From the NCBI RefSeq assembly GCF_009914755.1, contig NC_060938.1: a stretch of DNA of 64,000 nucleotides; one strand, given 5' to 3'. Source of the DNA: the human T2T-CHM13v2.0 reference genome, Homo sapiens. This document shows positions 13,140-26,776 of this stretch, one piece after another (within the stretch, counting starts at the first letter, position 1; the number at the start of each line of letters is the position of its first letter). Below the pieces are notes generated by a model, which ran no database searches, had not been told where the DNA came from, and saw only the letters and a program-made list of their open reading frames with translations. A program made the position numbers and the translations under genes.

Positions 13140-14010
13140 ATGACAGAAAATTTCAAAAATACTGTGCACAAAGAAAAATAGTCTCCCCTGTTATCACATC
13201 CCCCATGTCACCCACCGTAAACATGTTGATGTCAAAGGCTTTCGGGTTTTGTCTGTGCACGTGTTCATGTTATTAGGTCATTTTTTTTTCTCACAGGTTG
13301 AGACTGTGCTGCACTGCTGCTTTGTAAACCTGGAAGATTTTTATCGTGAATAAATACCTGCCGCAACAATGCCTAATGCTTTTGTGGGGTTCTGTTATTT
13401 GGATGTGCCACTGGCGGTGACGGCTGGCCCCTGGGTGGCCATGTAAGGTGCTTCCAAATCTCTGCGATGGAGACGTCACCTCAGCTGCCTCTCCAGCCAC
13501 GAGTCCTGGCACCTCCCCTGCCTCCTGCTTCCTGCTGCTGCTTCTCAGCCCCCAGGCACATTCCTGCTGCAGGGCCTTTGCACATCCCGGGATTCTGGGG
13601 CTGTGCCCTCCCCAGGTCTTCTCACAGTCTGTCTGTCACTCCCCTGGGGCCTCTGCTCCATTGTTTCTGGTCTGATGATACCTTCCAAGTCAGTCCTCTG
13701 GAGTGGCACATTCGGGCCACATGACATGCCGGCCTACACTGTCCCCAGGGACGGTGGCCACTTGCCCTCTCGCTGCCTCTCCTCCCATGCCCACCTCCCA
13801 ACCCTGGCCAGTGTTTGAAATCTCCAGTTCTGGATTTTTTTTCACCCCCCATGGCCAGCTTGGTGAGAAATGACTTCTCATTGTTGGAGTGTGTCTGGCT
13901 ACACGCGATTGTGTGTTTCTGTGCCTCTTGTCATTTGCCCTTGTTTTATGAATTGCCACTTTGACCTTTTTGCTCATTTGTCTATCCAGTGCCTATCTCT
14001 TCCCAATGAT
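13140..14010 (-). mobile_element. Degenerate L1ME-like 3' region, with an L2-like segment at ~13500-13640
   Basis: L1-like ggccatgtaaggtgcttccaaat and tttatgaattgccactttgacctttttgctcattt; L2-like cagggcctttgcaca. Confidence 0.4.
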
Positions 14011-16629
14011 TCCTGTGTTCTCAGTGTAGGTGGCTGGGGATGAGAACGGGAGCTTGTCCTCCCCCATGCTGAGTCCAGCATTCAGGATGGAGTGACATCT
14101 GGATGGCCATCAGCATGCACCGGGGCTGGGGCTTCTCGAGGTCAGCAGGGTTTGAGGGTTGTCAGGGCTGTGTGCCACCAGGGCTTGGCAGGTCCCCAGG
14201 TGTGGCGTTTGCCATGCTGGTGTCCCCTGCGCCACGGCACCTGTTCCCTGTGACCTTCCCCTGTTCCTGCTTCTCAGGTGAAACGTGGCCTGGAAGCTTC
14301 TGGTTATGTGGAAGACAACAGCTATAGAGGCCTCCCCGTGACCTCAGGGACCAAGGGCTGTGGAGAAGGGCTCACCGGGTGCAGACAGGGGCAGGTGGCC
14401 TGGGGGTCCCGAGCCATGACATCGGTCCTCTGTTTAGCCGGAAGGGTGCCTGTCATTGGCACCAGCAGGCACAGGAAGGAGGGACCTTGTGTGATGGCAG
14501 GTGGAGGGGTCTGCATGTGTCTCTCCCTGCCATGGCAACCTGTCTGCCCCCGTCCACCCTGCCTTCAAGTGCCAGAGGGTCAGGGGACAGCAAGGGCCAC
14601 GGTGGCAGCAAGGACCCTGCAGATGTTGCCCTGCAGTGCCCTGGAGATCTGTAGACCTGGGGCCCCACCTGCAGAAGCCAGGCCTGTGTGTCAGGTTTCG
14701 GGGGCTCTGTGGCCGGCTCCAGTGCCATTACTGAGGCTGATAACTGTGCCCCCCTTCAGGGGTCCCTGGGGCGGCCGCTTACTCCTGGCTGTGCAAACAC
14801 CCCTTCTTTCCCGAAGGCCGCCAGCCTCCTCTGTCTTGCTAATAGCCTGTTCTTTTAATGATCGATAATCAGTGTTTACCCAGAGCCTTCACCAGCAGCT
14901 CCTGACGCTTGGCTTCATTATGCATGCAGGCTTTGCGGAAGCTGCTTCCAGCTGCCTGTGTGGCCTGCTGCAGGGGACGTCCGGCTGGAGGTCCCACCTT
15001 CCTCCCGCCTTGGCCCAGCACCCTCCAGGCCTCGCTCCTGGCCCCTGGGGCGGCTTCAGGACGCTAGGGTGGTGACAGCATCTCGAGACCCCGCCTGGGC
15101 AGACCTCCTCCTGTCAGCTCCTCCTCTGTCTAAAGAGCCCTGCTTGCTGGGAGGGGCAGCACCTGCCTCGCTGGACAATGTCCAGGACACAGGAAGCACC
15201 CGATCAATTACAGCCAATAAAATGTTCAGTAATGGCCACTAGCATGTCTGCAAGCCGGCTGTGGTCTGGGTACTGTACTGGACACCTCATGCGTGTGTCA
15301 GGGACAAATATGTATTAAAGTGTGAGTGGCACAACCATCCCTCCCCACCTCTGCCTCCACCACCTCATTCCCCCTCCACCTCCGCCCCTCCCTGCTCCCC
15401 CCCCGCCCCCCCACCTCCCGCCATCAGTGGGGGCTCTTGCTGCTGTTCGGCTCTATGGCCTTTGATAGAACCCGGCGGGTGGTGGGTTTTGGAGCAGAAG
15501 ATGCCCAAGAAGGAAGAGAAGGAAAGGCACACGGTGTGGGTGGGGGAGGGAGGGGGCTGCAGTGGCAGCGGGAGAGGTGGGGCAGCTGAGAGAGGAAGGT
15601 GGAGGGGCGGGCACTTTTGGAGGCAGAGGTCACCAAGGGCCTTCAGCTCCTGCCTGGGGCCAGGCCCTGCAGGGCCTCCCAGCGCAGCCCTCACCAAGAG
15701 TCACTGGAAATCAAGACAGGCCCCCCCCCACCTTACTTCTGCCAATTTAGAGTTAGATCTGTACTTGTTTCTGGAAGCTTCTTATGTGAGGGACTGGCTG
15801 GAAGGTACATGTCTGGATCTCACCCTCGCCCAGTGACCGTTCCACCTTGGCCAGAAGGTGCTGATGTCATGGGCCGAGGGCCTGAGCGAGGGCCTGGGAG
15901 TGCCCACCCCACCCTCTGCAGCCTCCTCTTTCCCACAGCCTCTCTGTCCTCCAGTATCCAGAGGCCCTGAGCTGGTCACCCCATTGTCACTTTGTGTTAC
16001 TAAAGCCCCGGGCCAGCCATGCCACCAGCGTTTTGGCTCCCGCGTGTTGGGGCGGGGCCCGGCAGAGCTCTCGGGGCGGCTGTTTGGAGTGGGCGCAGGG
16101 CACACAGGCACGATGTCTCTGGTCATCTGTTCCAGGTGTCCACAACGTTGATCAGCTTTGAGAGATCACGTTTCTGCGTTTCTCAGACCTGCCTTGGAAG
16201 GGGTCTTGCTGGGGCCGGGAGAGGGGCTCTGCTGGGGAGGGGGGCTCTGCTGGGGAGGGGGGCAGGGGTGTGGGAACGGGGGTGTCGACAGCTGGGCACG
16301 GAGCAGAGTCCCTCAGACGTGCTCCCCGCTTCTCCCCGTGACTCGCCACCTCTTTCTGAAAGTGGGTTTTGTTCTCCCCAGCATCTGTGGTTTCTGATGG
16401 ATTCGAAAATATTTAATAAATATTTGGCTTCCATTTTCAAAATGTTCTGTGCTCTTTTTAGGTTTCCTTATGGAAAGAGACTGAGATATTCTTATTTCAA
16501 CTCCCAGGAGCCCATGGGTGCCTTTTACTTCCTCCCACTCTTACCCCAGACTGCCTGGTTTGTCCTGGTTTGGAGGTGAAGGCTCTGGCCCGGAGCTGCA
16601 GAATCGGTTCCCCAGGGCTTGCAGGAGTA

Positions 16630-16733
16630 GGCCAGGGGCCTGGAGGGCCAGGGGGCTGCAGGGGCCAGGGGACTGCAGGGACCGGGGGCTGGAGGGACCC
16701 GGGGGCTGGAGGGGCCGGGGGGCTGCAGGGGCC
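16630..16733 (+). repeat. G-rich ~17-bp degenerate tandem repeat (~6 copies), G-quadruplex potential
   Basis: ggggctgcaggggcca-type units with multiple G3-G6 runs. Confidence 0.7.
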
Positions 16734-17802
16734 ATCTGCTGCCGGCCTTTTCCCTTGAAAACAAGCCAGTGCTTCATTTCCCTTCTTTTAGCAGCAGGTG
16801 AGCTGGCCGGGGGCCTCAGAGCGCTGGCCCAGGTGTGAGGGTCACGCTTCTGCGGGGACGCCAGCCAAGGCTCACCCATCCCCAGAGATGTCCTGTGAGG
16901 CCCCAGCGTGACTCAGAGCCCAAACGAGATTGTCTTGGGAGGTGCAGAGTTGGGAGATGCAGGCTGAGATGAACCCCGGGGGAGGGGCAAGGCCAGGCAG
17001 AGGTGAGTGCAGAGAGCAACGGAGGGAGGGGGCTGCCAGGAAGGGGCCCTGGGCAGGATGGAGGCTGTCCACAGCAGCAGCCTGGTTGGTAGCTGGGCCC
17101 TACCCTCAGGCCTCCTCCTCCAAGGCAGGACGGAGCAGTGGTTAGGATCACCCCATCCTCCCAAAGCAAAGGCATCCTCTGTTCTGGGAGCTGAGAGCAC
17201 CAGGGAGCTTCCTCCTGCTGCCTGGCCCGGGTGAGTGTCTGGGAGGGGCTGGGGCAGCCTGGTTGGTCACCAGAGTGTGGTCATTGTCATCTGCATCCCG
17301 GGGTGAGAAAGGACAAGAGGGCTGCCCTCTGCCTCCCTCCCGTGCTCCCTGTCCTGAGGCTGGCGGCTGTGAGAGAGAAGATTGTCGCTCAGCAAACACT
17401 ATTTCCTCATCCACTGTCCCCATTGATGGCAGGCTTGGCCACCGGGCTCGATTTAGCCGGAAGTGGCCATGTGCCAGCTCCCAGCTGAGGGCTCTGGTGA
17501 CCCTCCTGTGAAGAGCCTGCCTTGGAGGCTGCAGTCCCAAGGAGGAGGCTAGACTCAGCCCTCGTCCTCCAATGCAGCTGCAATGAGCCTGCTCCTCCTG
17601 CTGGTGGAAAATGCAGGTAGGCACGTAAGCCACCAACCCTGGGGGCTCAGTCAAAATCCTGAGGACCCCCAAGGGGCAGAGCCGATGGGGCCTTCTGACC
17701 AGGGTGCCCAGAATGGATGGCACTGGGGGACACAGGCTAATTGCGGGGGAACAGGTGAAGGTGGGTGAAGCAGCTGCGTGTTTGGGGCAGAGGGAGAGGT
17801 AT

Positions 17803-18234
17803 TGTGAGGGTTAATTTTATGTGTCCACGCGACTGCAGACATTTGGTGGACTCCGATTTGGGGTGTGTCCGTGCAGGTGTTTCTGGATGAGATTCAGGCT
17901 GGAATCCGTAGACTGAGCACAGCAGATGTCCCTCCCCCATGCGGGTGGGCCTCGCTCAATCAGATGAAGGCATGACGAGGAAACTGGTTGCCTTGCAGCC
18001 GGGAGGGCGGCTGCTTTCCTGCTTTCAGATTTGAGCTGGAACATCAGCTCCACCCAGGTGTCGAGTCTGCTGGTGTCCGGCCTGATTTGCCACCATCAGC
18101 TCTCCCAGGGCTCCAGCTTACTGACTCGGTGCAGGTCTGCGGACTCAGCCTCCATCATTGTATGAGCTAATTCACTGCAATAAATCTCTCTTTCCACGGC
18201 CTGTTGATTCTGAGTCTCTGGAGAGGAGAGTACA
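17803..18234 (+). mobile_element. MLT2 (ERVL) LTR
   Basis: Starts tgtgagggttaattttatgtgtc; gtgtttctggatgagatt; ggtgggcctc...caatcag; aataaatctctc; ends ...taca. Confidence 0.85.
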
Positions 18235-18934
18235 GCAGCAGTGGGTGACAGACACCAGGGACCTCATTGGCACTAAGGATTGTCCCCGACCGGAATGCGG
18301 AGTCCGGGCTGAAGGAGGTGACTCCCCACCTCCCTGCCCTGCCCTGTGGTGGGGATGGGTGGGGGGAAAATGCCCAGTTCCTGAGCTGGACTCTGAGTGA
18401 CAGTGGCCCTGGTTAGTGGGGGCCCTCTGCTGGGCGGTGGCCGGAGGGAGACAGGGTGCCAGGCCGGGAGAAATGTTTAGAGGGCATCAGTGCCAACTTC
18501 CTGGGCACGGTGCAGGTGTGGAGAGAGCTGCCCCCAGCCTGAGAGGATGCTGGGTTGGGCTTATCTCCACTCGGAATCGAGAGAACTCACCGTCCCCAGA
18601 GCCGGACTGGCTGCCATGGGAGGCCACCCCACGAGAAGAGAGGAGGAGCCGAGGCCTGTTGCTGAGGGTTGCGGAAGGCAAGGAGGAGGACACAGAGGGG
18701 CCCTTCCCAGGCCTCTGTTATCACGGCTCATTTCTGGAGTCCCAGAGCCGGGCAGAGCCAGGCTCAGCACAGCAAGGATGACGGCCCAAGTGGAAGCACT
18801 GGCAGGGAGAGCTGGGACAGACGCAGCCCCAGACAGGCTGGACCCCAGGGACGGTAAAGGGTGCACACCGCTTGCCCCACTCGTACTCTGCGCCCAGCAG
18901 CTCCCTGGATGGTGGCCGGGCAGGAGGCTGTCCT

Positions 18935-19160
18935 GACTGATCCCGCAAATGTATTTACAGCTATTGACGGCCTGAACGTGGCCTATTGATCCACGCCTGA
19001 GCCTGGCCGGGCGGCGCGTGCACTTGGCCAGGGCAGCCCTGCGTGACGAATGGGCAGCTCACAGCCCACCCTCTCCGACAGGTGATTGTTTCAGTGAAAA
19101 TGAGAAATGATGATCAGGGCTTAAGGCTGATGATTGAGGAAGATTTCCAGCGACTTTGCA
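18935..19160. promoter_or_regulatory. Candidate CNE/enhancer island
   Basis: Non-repetitive, CpG-retaining; TGTATTTAC, TATTGA x2, CAGGTG, repeated TGAT cores. Confidence 0.3.
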
Positions 19161-20024
19161 GGTCGTCTCGGTGGTGCTAATAGCCAGGGCCTCCTACAGA
19201 GAGGCATGTTCCCTGACTAGGCAGGTCACCATGAATGTCTGCAAAGACGCTGTCCTGGCGTGGGGACCCGGGCAGGGGCACAGGAGGCACAGACGTTCCT
19301 GCCCCTTTCCCTGGCTGGGTTGCGCTGCTGAGGTGGGCCAGGTGGGGTTCACTCTTTCTGGCTTCTAAGGGGGTTCCAGACCCCAGATGGGCCTGGGGAA
19401 ATGAGGGCTTTGTGTGGACAGCCCCATGGGAGAGGGGCTGTTCCCAGCCCTGGTGCCCGCCTGCCTAGTCCTCCCTGGGACTCTGGGCCCAGCCTTATCA
19501 TTCCTCTCTTCTCTTCTAAGATGAAAAGAGGATTCCTGCAAGTGGAGACGAATCCTCGGGCCCCTGAGCTGCAGGTGGTGAACAAGGAGCTGAGGGCCTG
19601 CTGGTTCCCCAGGAGGGCAGGCAGGGCTGTGCTAACGAGGAGAAAGAACCGAGTGAAGGAAGGCACGGAGGTGCCAGGGAGAGACCAGGAACCTCCTCAG
19701 CTTCCTGGCTTCCTTCCTGGCCCAGGCCCCCTATTCCCGGGGCCCTAGGCTGGGCTGAGGTCCCCTCGCCCTGTGCAGGGCCTGGGGCTCAAGTTCTACC
19801 AGCTGTAGCCTGGGGCCTGAAGGTCCATCTGATATTTGAAGGACTCAGAAGGCCCTGGGAGGGTGTTGGCAGGAGTAGCCTCAGTGTTGATTCCTCGATG
19901 GCCCCTGAGCCAGGTTCAGGAGCACAGAGAGACGTGGGTGCCACCTCTCCCGAGCTTGGAGCTCACTCTTGGGGGTTGAGATGGGGCCAGGAAGGGGTTA
20001 AAGCAGGAAGCATCTTGCAGGGCT

Positions 20025-20140
20025 GTTAGGAAAATGATATTCTGCTGTTTGACGTCATTTTAATTCCATTTCAAGGGCATTTAATCTTATTTGCCCGATG
20101 ACTAATCCCCGGCCTTGAGTGAATTAATGTGCGGCCCCTT
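20025..20140. promoter_or_regulatory. Candidate enhancer island
   Basis: Perfect CRE TGACGTCA 20050-20057, TAATCC 20103-20108, several TAAT cores. Confidence 0.35.
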
Positions 20141-22009
20141 CTCTGAGGGGAAGCGGGACCCTTTCAGTGGAGACATCGCGTCACCGCGTCCCGCCTCTTG
20201 CTTGGCTTGGCGGGCAGGGCTCCTGGCCAGAGGCGGGGGCAGCCACTGGGTGGGGGCTGTGGTGAGGACCTGACCCCTGGGTGAGGAAGAACGACTCGGC
20301 ATCTCCTTAGCCCTGGAACTTTCCAGAAGCGTGCCTGCCTGCAGTTTCTCCTTTGTGCCTATGGGCAGAAAATGCCCATTTCCCAGGCCCAGGACAAAAG
20401 CTCCAGAACTGGATGCTTCGAGGCAGGTGCAGGGACCCAGGTGGCAGGGCGGGGAGCAGCGAGAGCCAGCTGCTGCATGTCCAGGGCTGGTCCACCCAGG
20501 CCACCCAGCAGGGGCCTCAGCCAGGGCCGCAGGGGCCGTGACAGGTGCTGGCATGCAGGAAGGAGTCACCAGACTTGTCCACCCAGTTGGAGAGGGCCAA
20601 AGAGAAACTGGAAACTGAGGCACAGCCGGGCAGGGGCTTGCTAGATGCATTTTTCAGAAGGGCTTGATCTTGTCCCTGGACTTTCTCTGTGATCCCACCT
20701 TGACTTTCAGCCTCACGGGGCTGGGACCCCCTCCCCTACCCCCACCCCTGCTTTGCCTTCAGTGGCCACAGGAGAAGAGGACCCATCTGCCGGGTGGGCA
20801 AGCTGAACTGTCACAGCCCCCACGCAGTCCCACGTCCCCTCTTGCTCAGGCCACAGACATGCACAGGAGATGCCAGGTCCTGTCTGCCTTGAAGAGTCCA
20901 AGGAAAAACTTTCTCGTTGTAATTTCGGGCCTTGGGGAGCCTCTAGGAGGAGGAGAGGGGGCCAGGGAGGCTCTGGTGGATGTGAGTGGAGTCTCGCCAT
21001 GTGGACAGCCCTATGATGGGTGAATATTCCAGTCCTCACAGTGGGTGAGGCTGAGTGGTGGCTCCTGGGGACCAGAGATGGTCCTGGCTTAGCTCTTCGG
21101 CAGCAGCCTCTGACCTGCCTGTGCTCAGTGGGCTCCCTCCTGCCACCCCACAGGGCTGGGTGAAGCTTCTGCTTGGAACATCCTGCCCCCGGCCTGACCC
21201 TTGTGGGGTGATGGGTCCTTCCCTGAATCCAGGCTCCCCAGACTTTAGGGGCCCGGAGGCCTGGGATGGGGGAGCAGGCAGGGCCGCAGCCCCAGGAGGC
21301 GAGATGCCCTGGCTACCTTCCTCCACCTGCCCCTGCATCTGCTTTCACCTCTGCTGGTGCCTCTGAGCTTTGAGGAACTTCTGCTGAGTGCTTTAACCAC
21401 CCACGGCCTGGACCTGGTTGAGCTTTTGGGTCTTCTGGGAGCGAGCATGTCCTGTGAGTACCCCAGGGTGTGATTTGCACGCAAGAGGTCTGTGTGGACC
21501 ACGGGGGGCTGCAGGGGCTGCAACCTGGGCAGCCTGGGCTTGTGGGAACTGCAGCAGCTCCCGGGCCTTCCCAGGTGGTCTGGCAGGGACTGGAGGCATA
21601 GGAGGGGCTCAAGATGCTCGTTCCACCAGAATGAGCCTCCTAACACCTGGACAACCAGGTGGCACAGAGGTCAACCTGGTGACTGAAGGACAGTGTGGCC
21701 TGCAAGTTGGAGATGTTGGAACATCTGGGTTAATCAGAATGGCCCTACAAGCACAGCCATTGTAGCTGGCATTGGGGTTGACCCCAGCATCCACTGTGCC
21801 CCAGTGTTGCCCTGAGTCTGTCACCATGGCACCTACTTCCTTGCCATGGGCTTGGGGTGGCAAGGTGTGAACCAGCCAGGCAGGCTTGCCCACCCTCTGT
21901 GGGCTGCATGGGAGCAAGGAAGGTCATACTTCATGGTGGTTGGCAGCCACCGTCTGCTCAGAGCGGCCCCTACCTGACACAGAAGGCAGTACTGAGAGCG
22001 GTACTTCAT

Positions 22010-22740
22010 CTGTCCATCCACCAATCCATCCATCCAATCTTACACCCACCTACCCATGCTTCCATCTACCCACCCATCTGTATACCCATTTATCTATCCA
22101 TTTACCCATCTGCCCACCTACCCATCCATCCATCCATCCATCCATCCATCCATCCATCCATCCAACCATCCATCTACCTTTCCATCCATCCATGCATCCA
22201 TCCATCCATCCACCCACCCACCCATCCATCCATCCATCCATCCATCCATCCAACCATCCATCTACCTTTCCATCCATCCATCCATCCATCCATCCATCCA
22301 TCCATCCATCCATCCACCCACCCATTCCATCCACCCATCCATCTACCTAAATATCCATCCATCCATCCATCCATCCATCCCTCCAACCATCCATCTTCCA
22401 TCCATCCATCCATCCATCCAACCATCCATCTACCTTTCCATCCATCCATCCATCCATCCATCCATCCATCCATCCCTCCAACCATCCATCCATCCACCCA
22501 CCCATCCATCCATCCATCCATCCATCCATCCAACCATCCATCTACCTTTCCATCCATCCATCCATCCATCCATCCATCCATCCAACCACCCACCCATCCA
22601 TCCATCCATCCATCCATCCATCCATCCATCCATCCATCCATCTACCCATCTACCTTTCCATCCATCCATCCATCCATCCATCCATCCATCCATCCACCCA
22701 CCCATTCCATCCACCCACCCACCCATTCCATCCATCCAAC
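22010..22740. repeat. (TCCA)n tetranucleotide array with periodic interruptions
   Basis: ~730 bp of CATC units with recurring aaccatccatctacctttcc. Confidence 0.97.
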
Positions 22741-23554
22741 ATTTACTTTGATCCCGCTGCATTCCTGTACTCAGACTGAGTGACAGTTCTCTGTACATAG
22801 CGTCCAGGGTGGTCACAGAGGGAAGTTCTGGGGTGGGGATGGGGCAGGCTGTGGCAACTCAGAGGAAGCCCCTGGCCCTAGCCAGGTAACAATAAAACAA
22901 TATTTTTTTTCAAAAAAAGCCACCTATGAAATGTGTTATTAAACCCAATTTAATACAAATGTTTTGAAAGTCCTTGCATATGAAATTTGAAGACTAAACG
23001 ATTATCCTTTGCCAGATCCCTAGTTTGGTTCTGGAAAGTAGAGTCTGTGCAGCTCGAGGAATTTCTTAAAAATTTCCTTAGAAGTTCTGACAACTGGAAC
23101 TGGGTCCCCAGAGGCAGCTAGAAACAGGGTGGGTGAGGATTCTACAGTGATAATAATTTTAATAAAAAATGCTGTGACTTTATTTGGGTACCATAGGCAT
23201 GGAGATCTGTTTTGCCAAACAGTGAAGCAAAAAGTCTGAGCGTGCTGAGCTGCTCTGTTTGCTTTCAGCTGTGTGGCACTGGCAGGCAATGTGATCTCTC
23301 TGAACCCCGGCTTTCTCCTGGGCAAACGGGGATGCTGGTTCCAGCCTGCGGGTGGCTGGACTCAACAGGCATTGCTTGCATCCTACTGTGGGGCCACTCC
23401 ACAGGCAGGTGTTGCAGGAGAGGGACTGAGACGCATCACCCCAGGTGGCCGTGGGCGGAGAGCGCTACCCTCGCGTGGCCTGGTCTGTCCCAGCTCCTGG
23501 CTGGCCCCGGTGGAGGAGGGCAGGGTGGGTTCTCTGCTTCGGCAGGGAGCTGGC

Positions 23555-23925
23555 TCTGCTGTTATTGGGTTATCTCATTTGCAAACAATAAATGTCATGA
23601 GCAGGAGACCCTTGTCAGCCTCCCCTTCCAGGATGCAAATGTAGCCTTTATCCGCCTCTGCCCTTTATTAAAACAACCACGGAGCCAGCGGACAAACAAG
23701 ACAATTAGCTGTGAATGATGTCATCTCCTTCTACTTTCTGTAATGAGGCCCAGGCCCTGGCAAGGGTGGTGGCGGAAGCTGGGAGAAGCCAAATCTGATT
23801 AAAGTGCGATCAAGAGGCAATGCTGACCTTTCGCTTTCAGCCACTGACCCAGCGCCTGAGAGCTGGTGCGACAGTTGGGACAACGGTGCGATGTCACAGC
23901 GATTACCTTTAACCAGGGGATATAG
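23555..23925. promoter_or_regulatory. Candidate enhancer island (SOX, octamer, TALE, homeodomain motifs)
   Basis: AACAAT 23584-23589, ATGCAAAT 23633-23640, several TGTCA, CAATTA, TGATTA. Confidence 0.4.
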
Positions 23926-24049
23926 ACTGTCCCCCGTGAGGAGGCACCAGTGGACGTCAGTCCCCAGACCCGTGGGGTGCGCTAGGCAGGGGCCGGGTGG
24001 TGGCCGAGCTTTGACACATCTCCTGGGGAGGGCACCCACTGATGCCACT

Positions 24050-24990
<941 letters not shown>

Positions 24991-25039
24991 GTGGACACAC
25001 TAACCACGTGGACGACCTGCCAGGACCTCCTAAGCACAC

Positions 25040-25220
25040 GGTACTCCAGCTGCCTCATTTCCTGGACTCACGACGGTGCTGTGATGAGCTGGTGGCCACA
25101 TCTCCATTTCACACAGGGGAAGCTGCACCAGGGCCCTCAGGGGATCCGCCCCAGGCCGCATGGGCGGGGAAGGGGAGCTGAGCCGGAGCCACTCCACCTG
25201 GTGCCGGGCCTGTGCCCTTT
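25040..25220 (-). mobile_element. MIR fragment
   Basis: atctccatttcacacaggggaagctg...cccaggccgca resembles the reverse MIR core. Confidence 0.5.
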
Positions 25221-25822
25221 CCAGGGCAACCGATGTCTCAGAGTCCTGGCCCCAGAGCAGAGAGCCTCTGCACCCTGGAAGGTCCTGCTTGCTGGAGTGA
25301 GGGGCCTGCGAGGACCGGCCCTGTTCTCAAGCCCAGCCGTGGACCTGCGTGGGCTGCCTGGCGGGCCTCATTCTCTCTGCAGTGGGAGAAATGTGCAGTC
25401 AACCCTGAGCGAACGTCTAAACCTCCAAACACACCACGACTTTCAAAGCCTCATTTTCTATCCCGAGCAGCCTCGCTCTGTGAGACGGGCCCAGCTGCTG
25501 TGTCCGTGGCCACCTGCCTGGACTGGGGTTGGCTGCTGCCGACACACATGTGCTCTGTGTGAGTGCGCATGTGTGTACCACGGTTGTGTGGACAGGAGGG
25601 TGGGCACGGACCCTCGGGGTGGGTTCTGTTTCCCGGGGAGAGACAACACCCAGGCTCTGTGGGATGCTGAGTGGAGCGGGAGGCAGGCAGTGTGTGTTCA
25701 CTGGGACAGAATTCTTCCCTCCCCACATCCCTTTCTTCCTGAGACTCACCCAGATTGAGCGCTGACGCTCTGCAGCCCTGGGTGGCCCCAGCAGCACCCC
25801 CAGCCCAGCGTCAGCCTTGGGG

Positions 25823-26043
25823 AGAGTCATGGTTAACAGCACAAACTGTGAACCCAAAGGATTCGAATCCCAGCTCTGCCTCCCATGAGCTGTGTGACCT
25901 TGGGCAGCTGACTTAAACTTTCTGAGCTTCTGTTTGCTCATCTGTAAAATGGGGCAAACGGCAGGATCTCCCTCATGAGGTTGGTGTGAGGGTGATACGC
26001 ACTAAGCGTAGCTAGCACCCAGCAAATGTTTATGTTATTGTTA
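25823..26043 (+). mobile_element. MIR (well preserved)
   Basis: ttcgaatcccagctctgcc...gctgtgtgaccttgggcag...ctcatctgtaaaatgggg...tgtgagg. Confidence 0.9.
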
Positions 26044-26776
26044 CATTATCACAGAAAAATGCACCAGAATTTAAACAACGCTGACAATAAATATGCAGTC
26101 GATGATGACTTCCCAGAGCTCCAGAAGCAACTCCAGCACACGGAGAGGCGCTGATGTGCCTGTCAGGTGCTGCTACTGAGGAAGCCGTTGCTGGTCTCCG
26201 GAAGCTCTTGTATCCCCAGGAGTGCCGTCTGCCTGGCCTCCCCATTCCTGCAGTCCCGGTTGTCATCTATGTGGGCCAGGCCATGAGCCCTCCAGGCAGG
26301 CTGTGCTTCAACCCATCCCCTGCACCAACAGCAGCCTGCTCATCTCCAAGCTCAGCTCAGCCCAAGAGCAGAAAGGGAGTGTGCTGGAAGCAGGTTCAGG
26401 AAGATGAGCGTTCATGGGCCGTCTGCATGCCCTGGGCTGGGGAGCTCTCAGTGGGAGCCACGTGGGGTCGAGGATTGGGGGAGGCTATGCAGGCCCAGGG
26501 GCCTCGGGCTTTCGAGCTCAGGCTCTGGAATAGCCTTCTTCATGCACCCCCACACAGGGACTGACACTGATTTGCAAGAATGCCATTTCGAAATTTCACA
26601 TCACACTTCCACCATGGCCCCAGACAGCAAGCCCGGCCCAGCCCCAGACAGGCAGGCAATGGGCATCTGCTCATCATCCAGCACCCTGGAGAGAGCAGGA
26701 ATGAGTGCCGTGGTCCAAGTGCGTTCACTGGACTCTAAGAGGGGAGTGGGAGACCTTTCTGGAGACCCTTCCCTGG

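Noticed and set aside
21857-22783. 308-aa PSIH-repeat ORF
   Set aside because: Translation of (TCCA)n
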